A DNA stretch of 64,000 nt, taken from contig JAVZBY010000002.1 in the NCBI GenBank assembly GCA_038874655.1, forward strand, positions 210,044 to 274,043, given 5' to 3'. This document shows positions 19,713-31,190 of this stretch, piece by piece (position 1 is the stretch's first letter; every line of letters begins with the position of its first letter). The position numbers and the translations under genes were made by a program. The stretch comes from Candidatus Woesearchaeota archaeon. Lineage in GTDB: Archaea > Nanobdellota > Nanobdellia > Woesearchaeales > GW2011-AR15. The notes below the pieces were generated by a model, which was not told the origin of the DNA, made no database searches, and was given only the letters and a program-made list of their open reading frames with translations.

Positions 19713-20861
19713 TTATTTTTCTTTAACAAAAATTAATATTGCAAATCCAATTATCATAGAGACAATAGCAAAATAAAAAGTTATTATATATCCAAATTTT
19801 AGCCAAAGAAAACCAGCTATAGTTGAACTTGGTAAAGCAGATAAACCAGTTATTAATTGAAAACTTCCAATACCCGTTGCTTTTAATTTTTTAGGACTTA
19901 ACTGTGCAGATAAAGTACTCATAGATGTTTCAAAAATTCCTTTTGAAATACCATAAACTAAAAATAGCATAATAAGAATGATTAAACTATTCTCTAATAA
20001 ATATATTTTTGTAAATAAAAATAGCATTACTACATATAAAAATATTGCAAAATATATTACCTTTTTTTTATATTTATCAAATAATCTTCCACTTGGATAT
20101 GATGCAATAGCAGCCATAAAAGTAAATAATAAATAAAATAATGGTAAAATTTTCTCACTTAATCCATACTCTTTTACAAAAATCAAAAAAAAAGAATAAC
20201 TAAAACTTCCTAATGTAATAAAAAAAGATGAAATCAAAAAAATCTTAAAATTTTTGTCAAAAAGATTAAGTGAAATTTTTTTTATTTTACCTCTTTTGCC
20301 TTCTTTTATAAACAATAAAACTAACAATACAGAAATTAAAGAAGGAAATGCAGCAATATAAAAAATAGTTTTAATATCAACAAAATTAATTAAAATTAAA
20401 CAAAGAATTACTCCAAAAAAAGCACCTAAATTATCCATAGATCTAATTATACCAAAATTTTTTCCTTTTTCTTTTGATATTTCAGAAACAATTGCATCTC
20501 TAGGTGAACCTCTTATTTTTCCAAACCTATCTAGGATTTTAAATGGAATCAGATGAATCCATGTTTTTGAAATAGCATAACCTAATCTAGAAAAAAAAGC
20601 CATTAAATAACCTAACCAAATAAAAACCTTTCTTTTTCCAGTTTTATCAGATAAATACCCTGATAATGCTTTTGAAATAGCAACAATAGCATCACCAATA
20701 CCATCTATTAAACCTAAAATAAACATATTTGCATTCATAACAGATGTTATAAATAAAGGCCATATAGGATAAATCATATCAGAACCTAAATCATTAAAAA
20801 AAGATGCTAAACCTAAACTTATTAATTCCCTTTTTTTAATATCTTGTCTAACTTTATCCAT
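19713..20861 (-). CDS. MFS transporter
   Basis: GYLSDKTGKRK motif A and DRFGKIRGSPRDA; about 12 TM helices. Confidence 0.9.
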   Translation of the reverse strand: MDKVRQDIKKRELISLGLASFFNDLGSDMIYPIWPLFITSVMNANMFILGLIDGIGDAIVAISKALSGYLSDKTGKRKVFIWLGYLMAFFSRLGYAISKTWIHLIPFKILDRFGKIRGSPRDAIVSEISKEKGKNFGIIRSMDNLGAFFGVILCLILINFVDIKTIFYIAAFPSLISVLLVLLFIKEGKRGKIKKISLNLFDKNFKIFLISSFFITLGSFSYSFFLIFVKEYGLSEKILPLFYLLFTFMAAIASYPSGRLFDKYKKKVIYFAIFLYVVMLFLFTKIYLLENSLIILIMLFLVYGISKGIFETSMSTLSAQLSPKKLKATGIGSFQLITGLSALPSSTIAGFLWLKFGYIITFYFAIVSMIIGFAILIFVKEK

Positions 20862-21061
20862 TTTTTATGCGTATAATCTTTTTTTACTATTTATCCTGTT
20901 TATGTTTCTTATATTTAAGTTAACATTTAATTTAACCTAGATTTTTTTGCCTTTTAAATAATTTGTTAATGCTTACAAAGATATAATAAACACAAAATTA
21001 ATACTTAAAAATTAATCAAATAATAATTAACTTTAAATTTCATTTAATTTTTTATAAATTC

Positions 21062-21862
21062 ATGTTAAATAAGTTTGAGAATTTTTTATTAGTTTATCAA
21101 AAAGATAGTCATTATCTAGAAGAAATATTAAATTTTTTAGAAAAAAAGTCAAAATGCTTATGTGTTGAAAGAGATTCATTATTAGAAGAACATTATAAAA
21201 ATATAGATCTAATAGTTGTTTTAGGAGGCGATGGCACATTTTTAAGAGCTTCTCATTTAAATAAAAATATTCCTATTATAGGAATTAATCCTAATCCAGA
21301 AAAAAAAGAAGGTTTCTATATGCAATTAACTTTAACTAATTATAAGGAGAAAATTGAAAAAATAATCAAAGGCAAACTAAATGAAGATTATTCTATTCTA
21401 AAACTTTTGAGATTGTCAGCAAAGATTAATAATAAAAAACTACCACAATTAATTTTAAATGAAGTTTATATTGGTGATGAAAAACCTTATAATGTTTTTA
21501 ATTATATTATACAAATTAAAAAAAATAATAAAATTCAAGAGGAATTCCAAAGAAGTTCAGGCATACTAGTAGGAACACCTTCTGGTAGTCATGCGTGGCT
21601 TTCAAGTGCAGGCGGAAAAAAACAAAAAATTACAGATAATAAATTTCAATTTGTTGTAAGAGAATTGTATGAAGGCAGACTAACAAAAAACTATAAATTA
21701 AAAAATGGTTTTTTAGAATCAAATAAAGATAATAAAATTATAATAAAACCTAAAAGTAAAGGCATTTTAGTTATAGATTCAATTTCACCGGAATATGAAC
21801 TAAATATAGATGATGAAATTGAAATATTTACAGATGAATATTTAAATTACATAATATTTTAA
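21062..21862 (+). CDS. NAD(+)/NADH kinase family protein
   Basis: GGDGTFL, LNE and GTPSGS motifs. Confidence 0.85.
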   Translation: MLNKFENFLLVYQKDSHYLEEILNFLEKKSKCLCVERDSLLEEHYKNIDLIVVLGGDGTFLRASHLNKNIPIIGINPNPEKKEGFYMQLTLTNYKEKIEKIIKGKLNEDYSILKLLRLSAKINNKKLPQLILNEVYIGDEKPYNVFNYIIQIKKNNKIQEEFQRSSGILVGTPSGSHAWLSSAGGKKQKITDNKFQFVVRELYEGRLTKNYKLKNGFLESNKDNKIIIKPKSKGILVIDSISPEYELNIDDEIEIFTDEYLNYIIF

Positions 21863-21919
21863 TTTTTAGAATTAGTTTATTTTATATTTTATTTTTTTAT
21901 ATGGACTAATGGTGTAAAA

Positions 21920-23371
21920 ATGGAAAAAAAATCTACTTTGGGATTAACAGCAAAAAAAGATGAAAATTTTTCAGAGTGGTATACACAACTAATACAAAAA
22001 GCTGACTTAGCAGATTATAGTTCTGTTTCAGGTTGTATTGTTTTTAAACCTTATTCATATGAAATATGGGAAAAATTACAAAAATTTTTAGATGAAAAAT
22101 TTAAAAAATCAGGCGTAAAAAATGCTTATTTTCCAAGTATGATTCCAGAAAATTTACTTAATAAAGAAAAAGAACATGTTGAGGGATTTACTCCTGAAGT
22201 TGCATGGATAACACATGCAGGTAATCAAAAATTAAATGAAAAGCTAGCATTAAGACCTACATCAGAAACAATAATTTATGATTCTTACTCAAAATGGATT
22301 AGAAGCTACAATGATTTACCTTTAAGATTAAATCAATGGTGTAATGTAGTTAGATGGGAGTTTAAATATGCAATTCCTTTTTTAAGAACCCGTGAGTTTT
22401 TATGGCAAGAAGGTCATAGTGTTTTTGCAACAAAAGAAGAAGCAGATAAAGAAGTTTTAGAAATTTTGGATTATTATGCAGAAGCATTTGAAGAATTGCT
22501 AGCAGTTCCAGTAATCAAGGGAAAAAAAACAGAGAGAGAAAAATTTGCAGGCGCTCTTTACAGTACAACAATTGAAACATTTTTGCCTATAGGAAAAGCA
22601 ATACAATGTTCTACATCACATTGTTTAGGACAAAATTTTTCAAAAGCTTTTGAAATTACCTTTTTAGATAATAAAGGCAATAAGCAATATGCATGGCAAA
22701 ACTCATGGGGATTTTCTACAAGAGCAATAGGAACTATGATAATAATGCATAGCGATGACAAAGGATTAGTATTACCTCCAAAAGTTGCTCCTATTCAAAT
22801 AGTAATCATTCCAATTTTGTTTGAAAACACTAAAGAAAAAGTTTTATCAAGTGCAAAAAAAATAAAAGAAGAATTAACACAAGAATACTCTGTTTATTTG
22901 GATGAAAGAGAGCAATACACACCCGGATGGAAATTTAATAATTGGGAATTAAAAGGAGTTCCATTAAGAATAGAAATAGGGCCAAAAGATTTAGAAAAAG
23001 ATCAAATAACCATAGCTAGAAGAGACACAAGTGAAAAATATCAAATACCTATTTCTAATATAAAAACCAAAGTTAATGAACTCTTAACAGAAATTCAAAA
23101 AAATCTATACCAAAAAGCAGAAAAAAGCATTAAAAAAAGCATAGTAAAAATAAAAACATGGCAAGAATTTTTAAAAGCTGTTGAAGAAAAAAAATACATA
23201 AGAGCTGAGCATTGTGGCTTAATTGAATGTGAAGATGAAATAAGAAATAAAACAGAGGGAGTAAAAACAACATGTATCCCTTTTGAACAAGCACAAAAAG
23301 AAAAATTAGGTAATTGTTTTCATTGTGGAAAAAAAGCTCAATATGAAGTTTTATTTGCGAAAAGCTATTAA
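21920..23371 (+). CDS. proS: Proline--tRNA ligase (archaeal/eukaryotic type)
   Basis: LRPTSET, LRTREFLWQEGH, QNSWG and C-terminal FAKSY. Confidence 0.98.
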   Translation: MEKKSTLGLTAKKDENFSEWYTQLIQKADLADYSSVSGCIVFKPYSYEIWEKLQKFLDEKFKKSGVKNAYFPSMIPENLLNKEKEHVEGFTPEVAWITHAGNQKLNEKLALRPTSETIIYDSYSKWIRSYNDLPLRLNQWCNVVRWEFKYAIPFLRTREFLWQEGHSVFATKEEADKEVLEILDYYAEAFEELLAVPVIKGKKTEREKFAGALYSTTIETFLPIGKAIQCSTSHCLGQNFSKAFEITFLDNKGNKQYAWQNSWGFSTRAIGTMIIMHSDDKGLVLPPKVAPIQIVIIPILFENTKEKVLSSAKKIKEELTQEYSVYLDEREQYTPGWKFNNWELKGVPLRIEIGPKDLEKDQITIARRDTSEKYQIPISNIKTKVNELLTEIQKNLYQKAEKSIKKSIVKIKTWQEFLKAVEEKKYIRAEHCGLIECEDEIRNKTEGVKTTCIPFEQAQKEKLGNCFHCGKKAQYEVLFAKSY

Positions 23372-23624
23372 TAAAAAATAATTCTTGGTTTTTATTTTTC
23401 ATTCTTTTTTATTTTTCAATTTTAACCATTCTTTTTCATTTTCATTCTATTTTTTGATATTATAAATGATAAACTATTTAAATGAGTATATCTCTTTAAG
23501 ATACTAAATAAAAAACAATAAAAAAATTTTTTTAAAAAATTCAATAAAAAACTAATTATGAATATAAAAAATAGTCTATAACTTTTATTTAGAAAATAAA
23601 TTTCAAAAAACGGAGGGAAATTAT

Positions 23625-25892
23625 ATGCCTGAAGAAAAAGCTTTTGATCAATCAGCTTCTCTTAATACATTAAATAAAAAAGATAAACCCATAGATATAA
23701 AATTTGAAAATAAAAAAGTTGATGCTAACCCTAAAAATGATAATAATAAAAACAATCTTTCTTTAGATTTACCAGAGCCGCCAAAATTTAATTTAGATGA
23801 TTTACCAGAGCCGCCAAAATTAGATATAGATGAATTTAAACCAACCTTGGAAAATAAAAAAGATGTAAATTTTAATGATCAAAAAAACAACTTAAAATTA
23901 GATGATTTACCAGAAATGCCTAAAATAGATATAAAACCAATTCAACCAAGTGAGGAAACAAAAAAAGAGAAAAAAGGTTTGTTTTCATTTTTATTTAAAA
24001 AGAAAAAAGAAGAGAAAGTAGAATTATTCCCAAAAATAGAGCCACCCAAAGTAGAAATGCCTCAACCAGAACAATCAGATAAAAAAATAACAGATTTATC
24101 AGAATTAGAATTTGCACCACCTTCTTTGAAACCAATATTAAATGAAAATTTACCAAATCAAACATTGGAAAAAAATTCTATTGATAATTTAAAATTAGAA
24201 AATAATCAATTAGAAAATATTAAAGTGAATTCAGATACAAGCAAAACAGATATTAATCAAAAAATAGATATTAATCAAGATATTAATGTCAAACAAGATG
24301 AAAATGAACAACTTAACAAAAAAGCACAATTAAGTGATCTTTCAGTTGAACCATTAAATAAAGAAATTCAAAAAATAAATCTATCTGAAAAAATAGATAA
24401 TAAATATTCACTAGATACATCATTTGAAACAGTTAATAAAGAAACAATTGATGAATCAGATAAAGATCTTACTAAAAATGAAAAAACAATGCTTCAAGAA
24501 GGAGAAGCATATTTAAAAAGTAATTTAGAAGAAAAGGTTCAAGATGAAATATCTTCAGAAAAAGAGCAAGAAGTAAAAGAAATCCCAATCTCAGAGGTTA
24601 AAGGTATTGGTCCTAAGAGAGAACAAAAATTAAAAAAGTTGGGTATAAAAACAGCACAAAAAATAGCAGAATTATCTTTCAAAGATTTAGCAAAAAAATT
24701 AAAAATTCCAGACAAAGAAGCAAAGAAAATAATAACAAATGCTAGAAAAATAACTAGAATAAAAAAGAAATTAAAACAAACAAAAGTGCAAGAAGGAATT
24801 ACAGATGTAGTTAAAAAATTAGAAAAAGAAAGAAAAAAAATAGAAGTAATGCAAAAAGTTTCAAAAATAAATGAAAACAAATTAATTGAAATTGAAGGAC
24901 ATGCAGAATTAGTAAAAATACTAGAAGCATTAGAAAAAAAGAGACTTGAATTAGAAAGACAAGAACAATTGTTAAGAGAAAGAGAATTAAAATTATCTTC
25001 GCATGATGAAACATATAAAAGAGAAGTTGAGCAAATAGAGAATTTAAGAAGAAAACTTGATCAAGATATAAGAGAAAGAACAGAATATTTAATAAATCTA
25101 GAAAAAGATTATTTCCAACGAGGTCAAATCTTAGCAAAAAAACAAGCAGAAATAGAAATAAAAGAAAAAGAATTAGATGAAAAATATAAACTTTTAAAAG
25201 AACAAGAGGAAAAATTAAAAATAAAAGCAAATGAATTAGAAGATAGAGCAATTACTTTAAATGCAAAAGAGAAAAATTATGAAAAAATTGTTAAGGAATT
25301 AGAAAAACAAGATTTAGTTTTAAAGGAAAAAGAAGAAGATTTATTGAAAAGAGAAGCAGAATACATGAAAAGATTAGATTTATTAGAAAGTCATGAAAAA
25401 GAAATATTAAAAAATCTAGAGGAAAAAAGAAAAAAATTAGAACAAAAGGAAAAAGAAATTGAATTAAAAGAACAACAATTAAAGAAAAAAGAAAAATTAG
25501 TAGATAAAAAATCAGTTGCATTGGAATATGAAAAAGATATTATAGAAACACAAAAAGATAAATTAGTTGATGATGAATTTGAACAATATCTACATGAACA
25601 ATTAGGATTAGTTAGAAATTCAGGAATTAATATTGATGACATAAATTTCGTAAAAAATATAAAAGAGCCAACATTTGAAAATACCGCAGGAAAAATACAT
25701 GTACTTTATCAAATGATAGATACTTGTAGAGATTTATTAAAAAACAATAAAATAACAGATGCAAAAATATTCTACAATCAAATTAGAGACAAATATTATG
25801 AAACTACTTTTAATAATCCAAAAGAAAAAGAAAACATCCATAATATGTTAAGAACATTATATGATGAGATTAATTTGGCTGATATAAAATAA
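23625..25892 (+). CDS. Large protein with Pro-rich repeats, helix-hairpin-helix and long coiled coil
   Basis: DLPEPPK repeats, VKGIGPKREQKLKKLGI HhH motif and a long E/K heptad region. Confidence 0.75.
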   Translation: MPEEKAFDQSASLNTLNKKDKPIDIKFENKKVDANPKNDNNKNNLSLDLPEPPKFNLDDLPEPPKLDIDEFKPTLENKKDVNFNDQKNNLKLDDLPEMPKIDIKPIQPSEETKKEKKGLFSFLFKKKKEEKVELFPKIEPPKVEMPQPEQSDKKITDLSELEFAPPSLKPILNENLPNQTLEKNSIDNLKLENNQLENIKVNSDTSKTDINQKIDINQDINVKQDENEQLNKKAQLSDLSVEPLNKEIQKINLSEKIDNKYSLDTSFETVNKETIDESDKDLTKNEKTMLQEGEAYLKSNLEEKVQDEISSEKEQEVKEIPISEVKGIGPKREQKLKKLGIKTAQKIAELSFKDLAKKLKIPDKEAKKIITNARKITRIKKKLKQTKVQEGITDVVKKLEKERKKIEVMQKVSKINENKLIEIEGHAELVKILEALEKKRLELERQEQLLRERELKLSSHDETYKREVEQIENLRRKLDQDIRERTEYLINLEKDYFQRGQILAKKQAEIEIKEKELDEKYKLLKEQEEKLKIKANELEDRAITLNAKEKNYEKIVKELEKQDLVLKEKEEDLLKREAEYMKRLDLLESHEKEILKNLEEKRKKLEQKEKEIELKEQQLKKKEKLVDKKSVALEYEKDIIETQKDKLVDDEFEQYLHEQLGLVRNSGINIDDINFVKNIKEPTFENTAGKIHVLYQMIDTCRDLLKNNKITDAKIFYNQIRDKYYETTFNNPKEKENIHNMLRTLYDEINLADIK

Positions 25893-25996
25893 AATTTAAT
25901 TTTTTAATTAAATCTCAACTTTTTTCAAATTTTTAATAGAAACTTTTTTATATAATTTATTTCTTTTTTATAAAAATTTATTTAAATTAAAATTTA

Positions 25997-26389
25997 ATGG
26001 TTAAAATGACATTAGAAACAAAAGCAGAGGAATTTTATATTTTTCAGGTTAATACAAATGCTGTTTTTGATTTGTATTCATTAGCTATTTATTTAGCACA
26101 ATTTTTACCAAATTTTTATTTAGAGCAAAAAAGAGAAAATTTCCTAAATACATTTAGAATATATTTCACAGATACTAAAAATAGAGAAAATAGTGAAAAA
26201 CACCTAGGTCTTATTTTAAGATATAATGCAAAAATTTCAGTTCTTGAACTATTTCTTTCTGATAAAACACCAAACTATAAAGATATTATAAAATCTCTAC
26301 AACAGTTATATCAAGGAACAGATTTTTTTGAAAATGGTAGTATAGTTATTCCAAAAATTACTCCTCCAATTTTTTTTAAAATATTTTGA
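25997..26389 (+). CDS. Hypothetical protein
   Basis: 130-aa ORF filling the intergenic gap. Confidence 0.6.
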   Translation: MVKMTLETKAEEFYIFQVNTNAVFDLYSLAIYLAQFLPNFYLEQKRENFLNTFRIYFTDTKNRENSEKHLGLILRYNAKISVLELFLSDKTPNYKDIIKSLQQLYQGTDFFENGSIVIPKITPPIFFKIF

Positions 26390-26440
26390 AAAAATAAGAT
26401 TAAAGATTAATTAAATTATAAATTAATATTTTATATATTC

Positions 26441-27538
26441 CTAACTCAAAAACCTTTCAATCACATATTCATTAGCCTTATAATGCCCAGTAATTTCACA
26501 TTTATAAGAGCCGCCAAATAATGCTTTATAAATTAATAATTGATCTCCTAAATATGAATCAACATCAAAAACAGATTCAATTTGTTTTATTAAATTTTCA
26601 GCACATTCTTTTCCAACAATTTCTGCTCTTTTTCCTTTTTCTCCTAATGAATCAGAGCCAAGTATAGTGCCAATCTTTATTTCATCATTACTTATTTTTA
26701 AATTATTAAAATTATCTTCTTTTGAATTAAAAAAAGCCCATAATGTAATTCCAGAGCCAGTTGATAATGTTTCATTATAAATAGTTTGTATTTTTATAGG
26801 CACTTCTAACTTATTATTTAGGAGGTAATTACTTAAAACAAATTTAGCGTATTTTGCCTGTCTCTCAGAAACTTTATTTTTTATTAAATCCATAGAAGAA
26901 TGACTTATGCCTTTTATATAAATTAAATTACCTTTTTTAGCAATTATTTTTTTATTTTGTTCTTTTAAAAAATTATAAAACTCTGAGAACGATGAAAAAT
27001 CTTTAAAACTAAAATTAAATTTTGGTTTTATTTTTAAAATAAAATCACCATTCCCTTTTGGATAATAACCTCTTTTTAATAATTCTGTCTCATAATCAAT
27101 AATCTCTTTAAAAAATGGAAGAAACACATTAATAAAATAATCAATTGAAGGACTATGACTAACATCAGTGCCTCCTTTAATTCTTACTTTTATGGGTTTG
27201 TCAGAAAAAATTAAAACAGGCATTAATGCTTGTAATAAAAGTGTAATTGAACCAGCAGTTTCAATATCAATATTCAAATTTTTAAATTCAGTTTCATTAG
27301 GATAAAATTCTAAATTTTCACTTCCAATAAAATTCCCTTTAACCTCAGCATTACAAATTTCTTTAATTACATTTACTGCAATTAAATGTTGTTGTTTTAA
27401 CCCTTTCTGAGGTCTATTTTTTCTAATATTTTTAATAACAAAACCTTTTTTAGTTAAAGCAGATAAAGCTAATGCAGTTCTTAAGATTTGACCTCCACCT
27501 TCATAAAGAGAGCCATCTATTTCAATAAAATTAGTCAT
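26441..27538 (-). CDS. rtcA: RNA 3'-terminal phosphate cyclase
   Basis: IDGSLYEGGGQILRTAL, GSITLLLQ, GGTDV, RGYYPKG, DQLL and TGH motifs. Confidence 0.95.
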   Translation of the reverse strand: MTNFIEIDGSLYEGGGQILRTALALSALTKKGFVIKNIRKNRPQKGLKQQHLIAVNVIKEICNAEVKGNFIGSENLEFYPNETEFKNLNIDIETAGSITLLLQALMPVLIFSDKPIKVRIKGGTDVSHSPSIDYFINVFLPFFKEIIDYETELLKRGYYPKGNGDFILKIKPKFNFSFKDFSSFSEFYNFLKEQNKKIIAKKGNLIYIKGISHSSMDLIKNKVSERQAKYAKFVLSNYLLNNKLEVPIKIQTIYNETLSTGSGITLWAFFNSKEDNFNNLKISNDEIKIGTILGSDSLGEKGKRAEIVGKECAENLIKQIESVFDVDSYLGDQLLIYKALFGGSYKCEITGHYKANEYVIERFLS

Positions 27539-27608
27539 ATAAATTAGATTTTTTAATAAATTAAAAATTTAAGCAAATTTTATAAATAAAAAATTCTTTA
27601 TTGAATCA

Positions 27609-28175
27609 ATGGCATTAAAAGAATATGCAATTGTTATTGCAATAATGATTTTATTTACTTCTTTTATTATGTTTTCTATTGAGGCAATTTATCCAAGACC
27701 CGATTTTAATTATTACTGCAATACTACTTATGATAATTCCTTTAATTATGAAAAAAATCAAGAAAATTGTACTTATGATTATAAAAAAGAACAAGAGTGT
27801 TTTAAAAATCAAGGCATTGTTAAATATGACTATGATGAAAAAGGTTGCAGATATGTTTCAGAATGTGATTATTGCCAAAAAAACTACAATAATGCTTTAA
27901 AAAATTATAATTTAGTTTTATTTTACATATTAGCTATAATAGGTGTAGCAGCAATAATTTTTGGTATTTATTATAAAATAGAATTTATCGGAACAGGATT
28001 TATGTTTTCAGGAATATTTTTATTATTTTTTGGAACCACACAAACCTTTAATGATTTAAACAGATATCTTAGACCGATTGTTTTATTTTTAGAACTATCT
28101 TTAATATTGTTTATTGCATATAAAAAAATAGTGAAAAATTCACTCAGCATAGAAAATAAGAAAACAAGAAAATAA
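27609..28175 (+). CDS. Four-TM membrane protein with a Cys-rich external loop
   Basis: One TM, then a loop with six Cys, then three TM helices. Confidence 0.7.
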   Translation: MALKEYAIVIAIMILFTSFIMFSIEAIYPRPDFNYYCNTTYDNSFNYEKNQENCTYDYKKEQECFKNQGIVKYDYDEKGCRYVSECDYCQKNYNNALKNYNLVLFYILAIIGVAAIIFGIYYKIEFIGTGFMFSGIFLLFFGTTQTFNDLNRYLRPIVLFLELSLILFIAYKKIVKNSLSIENKKTRK

Positions 28176-28228
28176 ATTTTTTTGTTCTATTTTTTGTATC
28201 TTCAATTTTTTTATTTTAAACTTAATCT

Positions 28229-29044
28229 TTATACATTTTCTTCTATAAACTTTTTTAATCTATTAACATAGTCCTCAGCTTCTTTATAATATTTGTCATA
28301 ATCTTTTCCAGATATTTCATTTATTTCTCTATATTCTATTTTTTTACTTAAATCATAAAATTTTTTTACCACATCAGCATATTTCTTTTCTATTAAACTA
28401 GTATCAACTAATTTTTCTTTAACCATATCAGCTACATGATTAGGTGTTGGAGGAATTTCATTAATTTTCATTAATGCAGCATGACTTGCATCAATAACAG
28501 CCCAATATAAATCCATTACAGCAGAAATCATTTTAAATTTTGATTCTTGCAGCATTTGTGGACTTTTATAATAATAAGTCCAAACAGATTCTTTACTTGG
28601 TCTTATTCTACCTTGATATAAAAGAACTTGCAATGGCCTAAAAAATTCTCTATCTACTATTGGAACACCATCTCTTAATATATTGATGACAATAGGATCA
28701 CCTAATCTAACCATTTCCCAAAAATAACTATATTTAAAAGTAGTTATATGTAATCTTTTAGAAATTTTAGCAATCAAATTATCTACAATAATTCTATATG
28801 TTTGCACTAATTCTTTTGTCCAATAAACAGTTAAATCATCTACAATTATTAAAATATCAATATCATGACTTGGCTTTTTTTTTCTTGCAGTGCTTCCAAA
28901 TAAAACAATACCTTTTAATAATTTACCCATTTCTTTAGAAATTTCAGCAGAAAAATGATAAGCAATGTCTAAATCATCTTTAGGATACTCATTTTTTTTA
29001 TCAATTTCCTCTTTTTTTTTAATTTCTGCTTCCATTAAGCTCAC
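28229..29044 (-). CDS. Nucleotidyltransferase (pol-beta/MNT)-HEPN fusion protein
   Basis: LFGS...DIDILIIVDD motif; C-terminal HEPN-like helices (LYWAV..ASHAAL...PNH). Confidence 0.8.
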   Translation of the reverse strand: MSLMEAEIKKKEEIDKKNEYPKDDLDIAYHFSAEISKEMGKLLKGIVLFGSTARKKKPSHDIDILIIVDDLTVYWTKELVQTYRIIVDNLIAKISKRLHITTFKYSYFWEMVRLGDPIVINILRDGVPIVDREFFRPLQVLLYQGRIRPSKESVWTYYYKSPQMLQESKFKMISAVMDLYWAVIDASHAALMKINEIPPTPNHVADMVKEKLVDTSLIEKKYADVVKKFYDLSKKIEYREINEISGKDYDKYYKEAEDYVNRLKKFIEENV

Positions 29045-29139
29045 CTTTTTTTATCGTTAATTTAATCTTTATATGATTAGGTTTTTATTTTTTTCTTTTT
29101 TAATTTTCTTGTTTATTATTAAATAAAATAATATACTTT

Positions 29140-31170
29140 TTATTCCATACTTAAACCAGAGTAAAACGGAGCTCCTTTATAGTCTTCACTTGGTGCAGTA
29201 TCTCCAACCAAATATCTTGGTCCTTCTGTTCTTCCAAAATAACTTCTGTAAAAATTGTTCCATCCATAGGGTGTTTGTCCAATACTTGGCTCTGTCCATG
29301 GATCAATCTTAAAACCTGGAACATGCAAATTATAAACAGAACTATCAAAGTGCATCCAAGTATCTGGTAATGAAGTCATCGGATTAAAAGAGCCACTTTC
29401 AACAATAAATTCACTTAACCCAGCATCTTTTGCAGCTTTTATAAATTCTTTCAACGGAACATTTCCATCACCAGCTGTTAAATGTTCATCATGAAAACCA
29501 AAATTATCACTGACATGAATATGACCAACAATTCCATCTTCAATTAATTTTTTAGCTTCTTTTACAAGCCATTCATTAAATCTTTTATCTCTCTCTTCTA
29601 GAGATTCACCAGGTTTACTAACAAAATACTTTCTCCATATATTTGCATGACTTATGTCAAAAGTTGCTTTTATGTGTTCTTTTGCTAATTCTTTTGCTTT
29701 TTCTTCTGAAATTTTATATTTTTCTTTTAATTCTTTTTCCATTTCTTTTCTACCAGATTCAACTAATCTTCTTAATTCATCTGGATGGCTGCCATAAACT
29801 TCAGGAAATAAATTCTCAGGAGCAATATAAATGGGATGCTTTAATTTTAGCATACCATTTTCACCTTGCCCTTCTTTTTTTGCTTTTTCAGTCATTTGCC
29901 AAGCATAAATGCCTAATTCTGCCATAGACTTTGCAGATTGTTCAACAGCAAAATCTTCAGCTAATTCAGATCTTTTAACAACATCTAACTGCTCAGATGC
30001 AGTTCTCCTACCATGTAACGCCAATTCTTTAATATAAGCAATATTTCTTTCATTTTCTAAAAGCATTTCTTTTAGTATTTTTATAGGGTCTTTTGTATCA
30101 GGAGGCAATAAATTATATTGTCTGTCATATTGTATTTCTTTTTCATATCTCCACCATTCATCTTTAGGAACCTTTTCTTTAAGTTGTTTATAAAAATTAT
30201 ATGTTTTGATTATTTTTTCTCTTTGTTCCAATAATTCTTTATATTGTTTTTCATGTCCAATTCCAAAATATAAACTATACATTACATCAACAAACTTTTG
30301 TTGATAAAAGAAATCTTTAGCTAATTCTTTTTCACTAGGTTCTTTTTTTTTTAAATCTATATACTCCTTTCTTCTTCTCTCTCTAAAAGTATTAAAATCT
30401 ATAATCTCAGTCTTTATATTTCCCTCTTCATCAGTTTCGTAAAGAGGTACTTTTCCTTCATGGATTGTGTCATAATCTTTTAAGGTTGGATCAATAACAT
30501 AATTTCCATTTTCATCTTTTAAATATTGTATTCTTCCATTTTCATCTCTTTTGTATATAGGAACAGCTAATCTATCAATATCACTAACCTGTGCTACTAA
30601 TCTTTTACTAATAGGATCAACTAAGAAAATTTTTCTTCTTTTTTCCTCTTCTGGGAAAGCCATAAACATAGGGTTACCTTTTTCATCTTTCATATAATCT
30701 TTACCATACATATACCTTGGAGCTTCACCTGTATGAAAAACAACAGCTCCACCAGTAGTAGCTTCTGCTGCAAAATGAATTGCTCTTTTAATTTCATCAA
30801 TTGCTTCTTTTCTATGTCTATCATCAAAAGAACCACTTTGCATATCCAAACCAGACAAGCCAGTAATCCCAACTGTTGCATGAGTTGTAGTTTCAACTTC
30901 ATTTATCTCTGCTAGTTCTCTCATATCCATTCTTTCTCTTTTTCCAAAGCTTTCTGGAGTTGCTGCTTCTTTTCTACCTTTTCCAGCTCCAAAGAATTCA
31001 AATTCTATTCTATTAGCACCATGAAATATTCTAGCTTTCAATGCTTGAGTTTGATGTTCAAAAGGATTTGTAGTTGTTCCCCAAGAATCAATACCAATCT
31101 CTGTACTTCTATCTATCTCTTTCATTACAGGATTTTTACTTTCTGTTTTAGGGATATAATAATCTGTCAT
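29140..31170 (-). CDS. Xylose isomerase/AP-endonuclease-2-like TIM-barrel protein with a large insertion
   Basis: TTHA, VVFHTGE, APEN, TFDISHAN, HIHVSDN.G..DEHL..GDG and IVE metal-binding motifs. Confidence 0.75.
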   Translation of the reverse strand: MTDYYIPKTESKNPVMKEIDRSTEIGIDSWGTTTNPFEHQTQALKARIFHGANRIEFEFFGAGKGRKEAATPESFGKRERMDMRELAEINEVETTTHATVGITGLSGLDMQSGSFDDRHRKEAIDEIKRAIHFAAEATTGGAVVFHTGEAPRYMYGKDYMKDEKGNPMFMAFPEEEKRRKIFLVDPISKRLVAQVSDIDRLAVPIYKRDENGRIQYLKDENGNYVIDPTLKDYDTIHEGKVPLYETDEEGNIKTEIIDFNTFRERRRKEYIDLKKKEPSEKELAKDFFYQQKFVDVMYSLYFGIGHEKQYKELLEQREKIIKTYNFYKQLKEKVPKDEWWRYEKEIQYDRQYNLLPPDTKDPIKILKEMLLENERNIAYIKELALHGRRTASEQLDVVKRSELAEDFAVEQSAKSMAELGIYAWQMTEKAKKEGQGENGMLKLKHPIYIAPENLFPEVYGSHPDELRRLVESGRKEMEKELKEKYKISEEKAKELAKEHIKATFDISHANIWRKYFVSKPGESLEERDKRFNEWLVKEAKKLIEDGIVGHIHVSDNFGFHDEHLTAGDGNVPLKEFIKAAKDAGLSEFIVESGSFNPMTSLPDTWMHFDSSVYNLHVPGFKIDPWTEPSIGQTPYGWNNFYRSYFGRTEGPRYLVGDTAPSEDYKGAPFYSGLSME

Positions 31171-31190
31171 TTTTAATTTTCTTTTTTGAA

